Shown: in pieces, positions 52,090-62,900 of the stretch
Numbering within the stretch: position 1 is the first letter of the stretch
Layout of the letters: each line of letters starts with the position of its first letter
Source of the DNA: Amoebophrya sp. A120
Taxonomy: Eukaryota; Protista; Dinoflagellata
DNA length: 64,000 nt
Assembly (NCBI GenBank): GCA_905178155.1
Contig: CAJINV010000012.1
Span: 2,196,166-2,260,165, forward strand
Direction of reading: 5' to 3'
Translations under genes and position numbers: made by a program
Notes under the pieces: model-generated
What the model was told of the DNA's origin: nothing
Database searches by the model: none
The model's input: the letters and a program-made list of their open reading frames with translations, nothing else

Positions 52090-54189
52090 TCATCGAACAA
52101 GAAACGGGTTTATATTTGTTGGTGACGAGAACAAATTCTCATCCTCATCAGAATCCTCTGCGTAGTGGTCTTTTCTAATCCGATCGCTTTTGCTATTGCT
52201 CCCATCCCTTCTATCCCCACCACGACCTGACGATTTTCTATTGGCTCCACGACCAGCTGCACTTAGGGACATTTTGACTTTTCCCTTATTCTGCATTCTC
52301 TGATACAGTTTTTCGTAGGTCATTTCCTATCCTGAGTGAAAACGTCCCCACACCAGAGTTGTCATGCAAAAGTGCAATGAGAAGAGCATTTGTATTTATG
52401 CGCAGCTCCATGAGAGGCATTTCCAATCGTGTTTTGGAATCAATCTGTAATGCTGGAAACAGGATGCGAAAGTGGCTTTCTCATTCGGCTTCTCTTGCCA
52501 ACACTGCAGAGGAAAAGTTGTCATGCACAGCTCCCAAAACTTGGAGATTTGTGTTGCTAGAGTCCCAACTTGACAACTATGGGCAGCTGGGGATGTTGTT
52601 ACTCAGGATATTTCCAACAGTTTCACCATCGCTAAGGACTCATCACCCGCGCCTATCAAACAAAAAAAAGTTCGTCACGATCACTCATGCGCATTTTTGC
52701 AATACAAAATTTTCTGTCATGCGTAAAAATGCATCACATTCAAACTTCCTGAGGGATTTCCCTAGTGTTTCTGCAATACAGGGGAAAGCTGTGATGCTAA
52801 AAAAATTTGTAATGCAAAACCCGCAAGTTAGTGACAGTGACAAACTTTTTTCTCTCCATAGCGCCACTGCGGTGTTTAATACTTCTACCCTGATGTTGAT
52901 CGTGCCTACCCTTCCTTTCTCTGTAAGAATCCGTATCTCTACTTGCGCCGGCCATTCTTTCCTCCTCCACGGCTGCTTGTCGCTCCGCTTCCACCACTTT
53001 TTTCTTCTCTTTTCTTATCTGTTGCTCGATTTTCACGAGTTTTTCCTCGAAAAAGCTCCGCTGGTCGTTTAATTCCTGTTGGAGCAACTCTTTTTCCTGT
53101 TCGTGATAAGCTATCTCGTGCGTTTCCTGAAACTTTTCCTCCGCTTCTTGTTCTTTTGCTCGCAAGGTCTGTTCCCTTTGGTCTAACTCTTCTTCTAACT
53201 GCTTTTTCAACAGTCTCTGCGTCTCCTTTTCCTCGAAAAGTTCTTTTTGTTTCTGGAGCTCCTTCCTCCTTTCTTGGTCGATCTTCCTCGATTGAGAGGA
53301 AAAAGGTCGTGGTCCTGGTGCACCAGAATTATGGAGGTCGTACTCGTAGTGCTTGTTGTGCCCATGCTCGTAGTCGTGCTGGTGGTCGTGCCCATGATGA
53401 TGATAGTGATGATTTCGACTACCTCGATCACGTTCTCCCGGAGCCGCATGTCCATGTTGATGACCATGACCACCACTTGTACCCTTACTCGTCATTTTTT
53501 CCAGCTGAATTCTCTGCAACTGCTGCAGTTCCTGCAACTCCAAGCGCTGCTGCAAAATTTCCTCTTCCAGCTTCATTCTCTCGACCTTCTGCTCCTCTAA
53601 ACGGTGTTCCTCATTTCTCGCGATGTCGATCTTCTGTAGCAAATCCGTGATTTCCCGTTTTCCCCGCTCGATCGTGTCGGTTAAAACACCCACGATCTGC
53701 TTCGACGCGACCTCTTCCTTGGTAGGTTGCGGGATAGTATCCTGTACAAAAGTATCGCACAGCACTCGTATTGCAATCATCCATTACAAATTTTGTTCTT
53801 AATGCAAATCCGCATTACAAATTTCATATTTCTCATGCTGGGAAAATTTGTAATGCATTTATACGAGTACGATGCTTTTGCAATTCATAGATAGAGGGAT
53901 TCGGCAGCGTGGAGAGCGGATCGCGCTTTGATGTTGCAGCTGATGTCGACGTGGTGGAACCAGCAGACCTTGGCCCGCGGCCCCTCGATAGAGAACTAGA
54001 AGCTTCTCCTGCGCCGCCGCTGTTAGTTGTTGAAAACACCCCTTCAGAAGTAAAAACGTCCTCCTCATCGATCCCGCCTAGTATGGTGGTGTCGCCTTCC
54101 ACTTCGTCGAGAAAGCTGAGCCGCTTGGACAAAGTCGTGTTCTTCGTATCTGTTCTACTACCTCCAGTCAACAAGCTGCTCGCCGACAT
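52090..54189 (-). CDS. Hypothetical coiled-coil protein with His-rich tract; 3 introners; 5' end uncertain because it abuts the retroelement
   Basis: ORF segments 53833-54189, 52797-53780 and 52090-52323 are separated by TIR elements. Confidence 0.7.
52328..52610. mobile_element. Introner-like TIR element, family C
   Basis: Flanked by tttcc; family C TIR. Confidence 0.9.
52654..52860. mobile_element. Introner-like TIR element, family G
   Basis: Flanked by gcgcc; aaaaaagttcgtcacgatcact / agtgacagtgacaaactttttt. Confidence 0.88.
53738..53889. mobile_element. Introner-like TIR element, family D
   Basis: Flanked by gatag; family D TIR. Confidence 0.9.
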
Positions 54190-54897
54190 GACATCGAAAT
54201 CGTTGTAACTATTATGCAGGTGCCAATGCCCATACTGTATGGTCTTCGTCCGTTCACGGACCGATGGATGCCTACAGCGGCCCCCGCCCCCGAAGGGGGG
54301 CAAGGTCGCCGTTTGGTGGTGCGCGAGCACACACCCGAACGCTGAAACGCACCGCGAGCGTCCTTCAGAAGTGGCGGGGCGGGCAGTGGGCCTCACCCCT
54401 AGAGCACACATAGCCTTCGGCTCTGATGTGAGCTAGACTATACTCCCAATCGTGCTGCCTGAGGCCCGCCCTCCCGCCAGTTGTGATGCCTTTGCGGGGC
54501 TATGGTAGTGCCATACTTTCAGAACACTGTGGCAACTGTGGGGCCACGGAATCGTCCGGGACGCATGGTTTACTGCATGCGGTTTCATTCATTTGGGTAA
54601 GCGTGTGTGCCTTCAACCGATGTTGAATTGCATCACTCATCTGCGGATTAGAATGAAACGAATCATCATTCGAATCTGATGGGGATCGAGATTAGAAAGA
54701 ATCGCTCAAATGAATCAGACGCAGGGAGAGAAATGGGTATTCGATCGAAGAAATATATATTTTTTGAAAAGAATCTGGACGATGGAACTCATCCCACGAT
54801 AATACTTCTTGGAATTCAGAAACAGAACAGCTTGATTTGTCTGTCTGAGGTTCTTCTACCTGAGCCTTGTTTGACTGCAGTTCGCAATACAGCACTT

Positions 54898-55997
54898 TCA
54901 GAAACACAACACACAGGCTGAGGTCCGGGCTTGTCGCTTTTGGATCACGAGAGAGACGTGGTCAGCGAGGTCTAAAAAGTAGCGCATTTCCGTTGTGATC
55001 GCAAGAAAGTCTTCTGCTAGCGCTCGCGAGTCAGTGTTGCTGAGTCTCGACGCATGTTCTTTCAGTAGATCTCGTGTGCACTGCAGTCGTTTTTTGGCAT
55101 CCTCCAGGAGACGACCGATTACATCCTCCTCCACCGGTGGCACAGCTGCCAGGCACCACGGCGACATGCAGTGTTTTACTACACGGTAGGTCGGTGTGTC
55201 GGTGCCTGTAATGTTCTTTCGCTTATGCATGGTTATGGAGGGGGGCATGGAGCTAGAAGCGAAGTTCTGCATCATCACTAAGACATCACAAAATAGGGAG
55301 AAGCTATACCTTTTTGGTGTGGGGTGGGTGCTTGTGGTGTGTGTTGTGCCGTTGGTGCCGGTGGTGATCGGGCGGGCGCCAAATTACCTGTGTTTCGAGT
55401 TTGAGCTGATCGAATGCATCGCATGTGACTGCGCGCATACCAAAACACAGGCAACAGCAGGTCAAGACCTGAGAAAAAATAAGAGTACTTCTTCTCGGTG
55501 TTCTGTTTCTTGGCGTCATCGCTGGTCCCGATGGTTGTCTTCGAGGAGGAGGATGAAGACGCGGACGTCGAGGACGAGGGGGCAGAGTCACGGTCGTTGC
55601 AGAAGAGAATGAAGTCAACGGCTTCCCGGCCGTCGGTCCAGGGGTAGAGCCGGTCGGGCTTGGTCACCTGATCGTCGTAGCGGGCACGGGACGCGGAGAG
55701 CCGCGCGAGCGTGGTGTCGAGGCACTCCTCTTCGGACAGGCATTTCCGTAGGAATATCTTGCTGGCGCGCTCATTGAGTGCTTTCTTCAATTTCTCATCT
55801 TTGCACGCAGAGATAGCCTCGCGATACGAGTCTCCCCATAGTTTATCGCTCTGCGCCTGGACACAAACAGACGCATCATGTGAGATTATTTTCTGCATGG
55901 AGACGTAGTTGCAAAAGAAGATGGTGGCACTCTTTTCAAAATCCTGAAAGAACTCTTCTGGCGTCATCGGACTGCTTTCCTTCTTAAAGGGCAACAT
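54898..55997 (-). CDS. Unknown ORF(s) downstream of YR, probably part of the retroelement
   Basis: ATG-initiated 239-aa ORF abutting a 126-aa ORF; no recognisable domain. Confidence 0.4.
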
Positions 55998-56148
55998 GGC
56001 TACTACGTGGTCCTATGATGTGTCGCTGTGCTGTGGTCCCTGCTCAAGAACAAGACAGAGCATTTTTTGAAAGAAAAAGCGAAGCGCACTCGAAGTCGGC
56101 GCTGTTCGACAGAAACTGACCTCTTTTTTTGAAAAAATTTCCTTTCCA

Positions 56149-57281
56149 TCAATATTCATCTTTGTCGATCGGTTGACGAAGTTCTTCTGTGAGATAGTTG
56201 AGGGCTTCTTTGGCCACAAATAGTGGTGCGTCTAGATGATCCTTGTAGTCAAGTGTGTACCCACGAAAGCTGGCCATCCAGTTGTTGCTGCTCCAATCGA
56301 AATGGAGAGAAGTGCGCTTCTGTGTCTCATTTGGAACTTGATTGAGCTCTTTGATGTTGCAACGTGCCACTGCCTTGCGTACCACTAACGCAAGCGCTCT
56401 TCTGGGGCCATGTCCTGTGGTTCCTGCGTGTTTGGCCGCTAGCGCTAGCTTGGCGGCGGTGTAGGGGAGTGGCATGCCGCTGAGTCTCGCTGGGACGTAG
56501 GAGGGAAATTGGACCTGCGATACCGTTGAGCTGCACTTGGTTGTCACCAACGCGGTCGCCCACTTTGGGTCGTCTGTGTTGGGCTTGACGATGTCGATTG
56601 ACTGCATTGAGGCAGCTCGCAGTCCGGAGCAGACCCAGAAGCGCGCAATGTTCTTGTCCATTTGGTTGAGCAGTTTCACCCTGGCCGCTGTCACCGGTTT
56701 GGCTTTTGCGGCAGAGAATTGCTCCCGTAGCCGATTGACGGAGTTGGTGAGCAGCTTCATGTTGTCAGTGACTTCCATTTTGCCTGTTGTTGATTCAGAG
56801 GATGCGTCTGCTCACGAGTTGTCGAATGATGCAAGAAACATAGCGACGCAAGGTGCCACAAAAAGAAAGAAAAAGCACCTATTTGCTTTAGTCTGGAGAT
56901 GACCGCGCAGGTGTAATTTGCTTGGCTTCGGCTCATGTCCATCTCGATGAGGAACTCCGAGAAGCTGTAAATTTCTCGCAAGTAGGTGAACGCGGGGCAC
57001 TGGAGGCGCGTCATCGGTTCGCCGTATTTCGGGATGTAAATTCGGTCGCTGGGTTTGGTGGTGGTTAATGAATTCCACCAGCTAACGAACGACGTCCAAT
57101 GAGCTTCCCGCTGCTTGACAGATTGATGGGGAAAGCTCGCCTCCATCGGCCACACCCAGAGCTGATCTTGATACTCGAGGCGTGCATCGGGGTCCCTTGC
57201 TATGTTTTTAGCCCGTGGTGGATTTGCTGACGAGGGCTTCCTCGTACTTGAGCTTGAAGTTTTGGATGCGGGTCGCGGCAT
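56149..57281 (-). CDS. Tyrosine recombinase with a predicted 71-bp GT-AG intron (56808-56878)
   Basis: Catalytic motifs SGLRAAS, HGPRR and HFDW...FRGY; the splice ata g|gtgc...gagcag|ac joins the two ORFs as KQI-D-ASSEST. Confidence 0.8.
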
Positions 57282-59690
57282 TGTCGATCGCTTGCCTGAG
57301 TAATTCACCGTATTCAGCGGACCTGTTATCGGCGGATGTTAGCTTAAAGAGTGCCTGCATCAGAGATAGTCGCGTCAGCGCGTCCGCTGGATTGCGCTTT
57401 GTGTTGATGTAGTGAATGACTGGAGTAAATTCCAGCCCCCTCCATAGTTGAGCGATCATCGAAGACAAGACTGACCCGGCGACAGCCGATGATGCTCCGC
57501 TCCGCGAGTGATAGCGTATGCCGAGCCACAGTTGTCGATGTGGCTGATTCCTCTCGCATGTCGGATGTAGTTTTGCCAGAACTCTCCTGCAAGATAGACT
57601 GCAAGCAGTTCGCACACAAAAATCTTCTCGCCACGTAGCCCAGCTGGAAGCTGGGTGCTGCCTGGAGGACCGTTCGGGCCATGCGTGAAGTGGTACGAGA
57701 AACAGAGAGGAACTGGCTCATCGGCTGTGAAGATGACGCCCCCAACATATACATCGCTGCCTTCTGCTGCTGCGTCCGTGAAGATCTCTACCGTCGCGGC
57801 TCCATTCAGGCGCGCCGCAAGAGATAGCGGCTTACTTTCCTTGATAGCTTGCTTCGCCTCTTCAACCATGGCTGCTACTGCTAGCACGTGCGAATCGGTG
57901 CCCTGCGTGATGAGGTTGGAGATGACTCGCGGGGCTGTGTACTTGGCTAGTAGGCGCACGGCGGGACTGTGGTCTAGGCATCTTCTGGCGAAGAGGTGAT
58001 TGCAGGTGACTCCTAGTGCTTGCTGTACGTCGAGGAGGGCACGCGATCTGTCGAGGATCGCGCTCTGCATCCGTGTGACTGTGGTCACTGCTTTGGCGAC
58101 TTTTTCTGGCGCCATTGCGAATGAGACGTCGTCGGCGGAGCTGGTGGCGTCGACGCCTAGCACATCGGTGGGCACATTCCGTTGCGCTATGATGTCTTTC
58201 TTGTCGGCCGATGCGAGTCCGAGGAGGCCGAGAAACTGCTTGACTGCCTGGTGCGCTGCTGGGGCCATCCATTCAGGGGTGAACAGAGTGACGTCGTCCA
58301 CATAGCAGAGGCAGCTGATGCCGAGGCATCGCTCTATCATTGCTTCCACGTAGCCGCTGATTGCTCCGCAGTAATGGCAAACCGAATGGAGATTACCAAA
58401 GGACATGGCATTGCTGGTGAAGAATTTATAGCGTTGCTCCTTTGGGTTCCACGCTGCCATGTAGTATTCGCTGGGCTCGTTGTTGGGGAGTTGGAAATAT
58501 GCCTGCCATTTGTCAATTTTGCTGATGAATGGCGTAAAGCCACCTACTCGCTTGGTGCGTCCTTTGATGTTGACGCCCACCATTTTCCAATCCTGCCAGT
58601 TGCCGGATCGCTTCCTCTCCTGCTCCAGTTGTTCCTTGAGGTGCTTCTTGAGTTCGACCAGGGGCGGGGCCCGTCCAGGGCAGAGGCATGCGCGGCGCCT
58701 TTCAATGCAGACTGGGAGGTGGGGCATCGTCATGTGTTCTCCGTAGGCCGACGCCACTTTGTTCGCGTGTTTTTCGTTGGCGATTCCTCTTATTTTGGAG
58801 AAGTGCTGCTTCTCGTGGTCCCATCTTTGGCCGATGTGGAATATGGGGATGACTGTTTTCCCTAGCATCTGCTCCGGTGTTGCATCGGTTCGCATGAGAA
58901 CAGGGGCAGAGTTTGGATCGTCTGGGTTGAATATGTTGCCCTGGAGCTCGTCCCAGCCGCGCTGGAGCATCTCCGGCGTCTCGAAGGTGTACGGAGTTGT
59001 TCTTGTGAAATTGAGCTTGGCAAGGGCGTCGTCAATTTCTTCCTGCGTAGTGGGGCAATTTAGGTAGCGGAGGGTCTCGTCGGGGGTCATGTCCTTGGCT
59101 CCGTGCCAGATTTTGTATAGCTCAATCGGACCGCGGTGCGGGAGTCCCGTGTTGAGGCAGCCTTTGGGACCATATACCCGATCTGCCATCGTCTCGAGCG
59201 GTGGTTCGTCTTCCGGACCGGGCGGCGCCAGCTGATCGAGTACTACTTTGTTGACCGTGATGGCGTGCTGGAGGTAGTCGTGGCGTTTAGCGAGGTTCCA
59301 CCACATGAGAGGCTGTTTGATATATGTCTTGGTCTTGCATATGTCTGGCCGATTCCGCGCGTAGAATTCGCGTAGTGCTTGCACATGAGGCACCTTGGCC
59401 CGCTCTGCCTCATATTGCGCGAGGAGATCCTGTTGCTCGGGTCGCACCGAGTTGCTGCGGACGTCTTCCAGGGCCATCTGGAGGCGCTCCACCCTTTCCA
59501 GTTTTTCCTGTGGTGGGTGGTGGTATGCGTTGCCTATGAAGGGGGCTGAGACATGCATAGTAGGTCTTCTGATTACCAACATGGGCGCTATATTTATACC
59601 TGATTGGACGGCGCGGCGTATTTGGCTAGGTCTGCAATGACTTCCTCCGGGGTCGGGGCAAGAAGCGACATGGTAACTGCAGCGAGACAC
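57208..59690 (-). pseudogene. Reverse transcriptase plus RNase H, frameshifted by a 5-bp duplication at 57494-57503
   Basis: RT motifs KIDKWQAYFQLP, AMSFG, CYVDD, VLGV; RNase H motifs IFTDAA, CELLAV, HIDN, and NPADALTR in the shifted frame. Confidence 0.85.
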
Positions 59691-59991
59691 GAGAGGACGA
59701 GGTGTAGCATTTTCATTTGCTTTTGGGGTAGAGTACTAGTGTAAATGGCTAGCTGCTGCTGCTATTTGCAATTGTTGGCGCTTCGACACAGGTGCAACGA
59801 GGTCTGGGCTCGTGGATCCGATAGCGAGCGTGTAACAGAACTGCATTTTCCGAATGGCCACGACACATGATTGATTGCTGGGAACACTTGCTCACTTTGT
59901 CTTTTTACAAAAAACCACAGCCAATGGCGGAGGTTGCAAACAACTGTGCTGCGCGCGAAGACGCTGGTGATTTTGTGTTCTAATGGGGTAT

Positions 59992-62900
59992 TTACGCCTT
60001 CACCTTGTACAGAGCAGCAATCTTTTTGGTTTCTTTATGTCGTGACTCGCATGGTCGAGAAGCTGCGACTTTGCCTTTGCCCTTGACGTGCTTAAATTTG
60101 GGTCGACATTGGATCAACTGTTCGCTGCCATCCTTGGTTGTGCGTGTCAAGCCCATTTCTCTAGCTACATCGCACATGCACACGCCAGGTTGGCGTAGTC
60201 GTACTTTTGGATCTGGTCCATCAAAACTATCAGCTATTTGACAGATAGCCTGGCTCTCAATTTCATGAAAAGTGCTGGCTCGAGCTTCGCCTCGTTCTTT
60301 CAGCGATTTCTTCTTCTCCTGTTCCGCCTTTTTCTTGGCTTGTTTCTTGGCTTTCTGCTCCCGCAGCCGCTCCGCTTTGGTTTTAGCCGTGGTGGTTGTG
60401 GTCGTAGTCGTAGCAGCTTTTGTTGTTGTAGTAGACGCTGCTGCGGTGTTGCTCACTGATGTACCGAAGGAGAAATCCGAGGTGAAGGACGGGGGGACGC
60501 CGCCTGCGTAGCCCGTGCCACAGTGAATGCGTAGGCGTTGCAACGACTTCACATATTGCGCCGGGGGCGGCTTGCTCGATGGGTTCCCTAGCAGCAAGAA
60601 GTTGATGATCTCGTGAAATGCGACCACCGGGTTGATCTTCACCCAGGTCCCCGCTTGGGGAATTTTGCAGATTGGCGTCCGCATGCGGTGGCATTGCTCG
60701 CAATCCTGGTTCCAGAGCTTAAACACGTAAGGCGTTAGCAGTACAATCGAGGCGACACTGAAGTCTTTTAACGTTTTCGTCAATGTCGGCTCATCTGCGA
60801 CTTCTTGTCCAGTTACTTGAGACGTTGAGATAACCGCTTGCTTGCACTGCTGGAGCTCCTTTTTGGCCGTGGAGAGGAGTTCATACGTGACGCCGAAGAA
60901 CGATGGTTGTAGTCCAGCACCGCTGACCGCTTGGCGGAGAGACAGGGCGACGAGGATGCTGATCATCTGGTCTTTGTGCTGGGCGCCGATAATCGGGGCA
61001 GTCCACATGTCTTCTACCTTCGTTTTCGCTTGTGCGCGCGTATAGGGCACGTCGAGGGCCGGCTGATTCATCGCGATTGCCACTAGTGCTTGTTTCTGAG
61101 TCCGCTCATCGTTGTCGTCTCCGGAAATGAGAGAGGAGCCTTCGTGCAATATGTGGAATATGTTGCTGACCTTTGCATATTTTTCCGCGGTCCAAGAGCG
61201 GTGACCGTCGACAACTTGCATGAGGTGGCAGAACAGTACTGGGCTGAGTTTCACTGCCACATTGCCCACCGTCACGTAGAAGTGCGCGGAGTCAGCTTCA
61301 AAGTGCGGGGTCTTGTTGTTGTAGTGGTCGTAGTTTATGCCGATTGCTTCTTTGTAATATCTCCGGTTGGTGAGACGGCGCCGCTCCCACCCTTGGCGCC
61401 GAGTCTGTAGCTGACTCTGCTCGACCAGTAAGCGCGGTGGTGAGGCGGTTGATCGGATCCTGATCATCCTGCTCATTGTTCCGTCGTTGGCGGTTGCGAT
61501 CGTCACGCCGGCGCCGACTGGGGGACTGGGCTGGTGACTGCGATGCCGACGATATGCCTATGGGTGATCGCTGTCGCTGTCTTGGTCGCCGATCCCTGGC
61601 GAATGAGAATGGATCGCCTCCTCCTTTTCCAGCTCCTTTGGAACTCGTTTGCTGGAGCAAGGTCGTATTTTGTACTGGCGAGAAGGAGGATCTCCTGTAC
61701 CGATCGACCGGGTCGCCGGGCGACACAGATCGGCTGCAGGTGCGATGAGATGGGAGGATGCTGGCGGCTAGTTGGACTGGCCTGCTGTGTGGAGCCGCTG
61801 CTCTGCTTCCGCGTCCTCTGCTGTCTCTTCTGCGTTGTCGTCTTCCGCGACTGTCGCCTCTGCTGTCGCGTCGTCGCCGGTTGGGCGCCGTGCCCGTGGT
61901 TTGTTCTAACACGGTGGGCACTGCTGGCGCCGCGGTCGAGGAGGCCTGCGGGGGGTCCGTCTTTTTGCGCCGTGTGGTAGCAGCGGCGGTTTTTCGAGGC
62001 TGGGATGTGGACCGCGCGGCTGTTGATGTACGCTTCTTAGCCGGTTTCTTCGCCGATGGCTCCTCTTTCTCGGATTGGGCAGTAGATTCTGCTGCGCTGG
62101 TGGCATTGGTTTCTTCTGCTTCGATGTAGTCGTCCGAGAGTTCCTCGGCATCATCCTCTTCGTCCTCGTCCTCGGACGTTGTTGCTTCGACCTGATCAAA
62201 GGGGACTTCTTTGCGCTGGTCCAGATGGATGGGATGGAGATCGTCGTAGTGCTGCATGGCCTGCATTTCGTTCTCCACCAGAAGTTTCCGGAGCAGGTCA
62301 TTTTGTTTTGTGAACTCAGCGCCTGCTGGCTTGCAATGCTTCGGCTGGTAATACCTTTTTCGGTTGGTCTGCCCCAGGTGCACGGCCGCCCTGTGGAAGT
62401 GCCTCGCGTGCTCCCTCATCGTCCGGCTGTTGAGATCCTTGTGTAGCGGCCATATGATGCGGCAGAATTCCAGCCAGTCGAGGTACATCAGGCACAAAGT
62501 TGCTTCCAACTGCATGGGGCTTTCCGGAAATTGGTGGAGCTCATCAATGACGGCGCCTTGCATCGGCACTTGCGCATATCGCGCGAGGCGTCCCTCTATG
62601 TGTTCTGCTAGCCAGTTCGGGACACATCCTGCTCGTTTTGCATGATGCCAGGCGTATCGTACTGAGTGGGCTGGGAGTTTGAGGTCTTTCGGTATCGCCG
62701 TCATTAGCGTTAGTGACGTCTGGTCTCTCGCCGGGGCGGAAAAGCAAACTGCGTCGCTCAGTATGTCGCCGCGTGCCACGCTGTGATTAGTGTGTGATGG
62801 TTGATATTGCAATAGTGTGCGCTCAGAGGTCTGTTCTCATTAGTGGCGTTCGCATGACACGGATCTGCATGACAGACAAAGAGGAGAGAGAGGGGAGGGG

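Noticed and set aside
3175-52860. Close neighbours are nearly always from different families (14 of 15 pairs), suggesting avoidance of TIR mispairing
   Set aside because: Family counts predict only about 2-3 same-family pairs by chance, so seeing 1 is not significant
2419-53889. Recurring ~30-bp sequences read as CRISPR repeats
   Set aside because: They are inverted pairs dispersed inside eukaryotic exons, not direct repeats with regular spacers, and no cas genes are present
54410-54440. Possible hammerhead ribozyme (hairpin followed by ctgatg)
   Set aside because: The core reads CTGATGT rather than CTGATGA, and no stem II-GAAA follows
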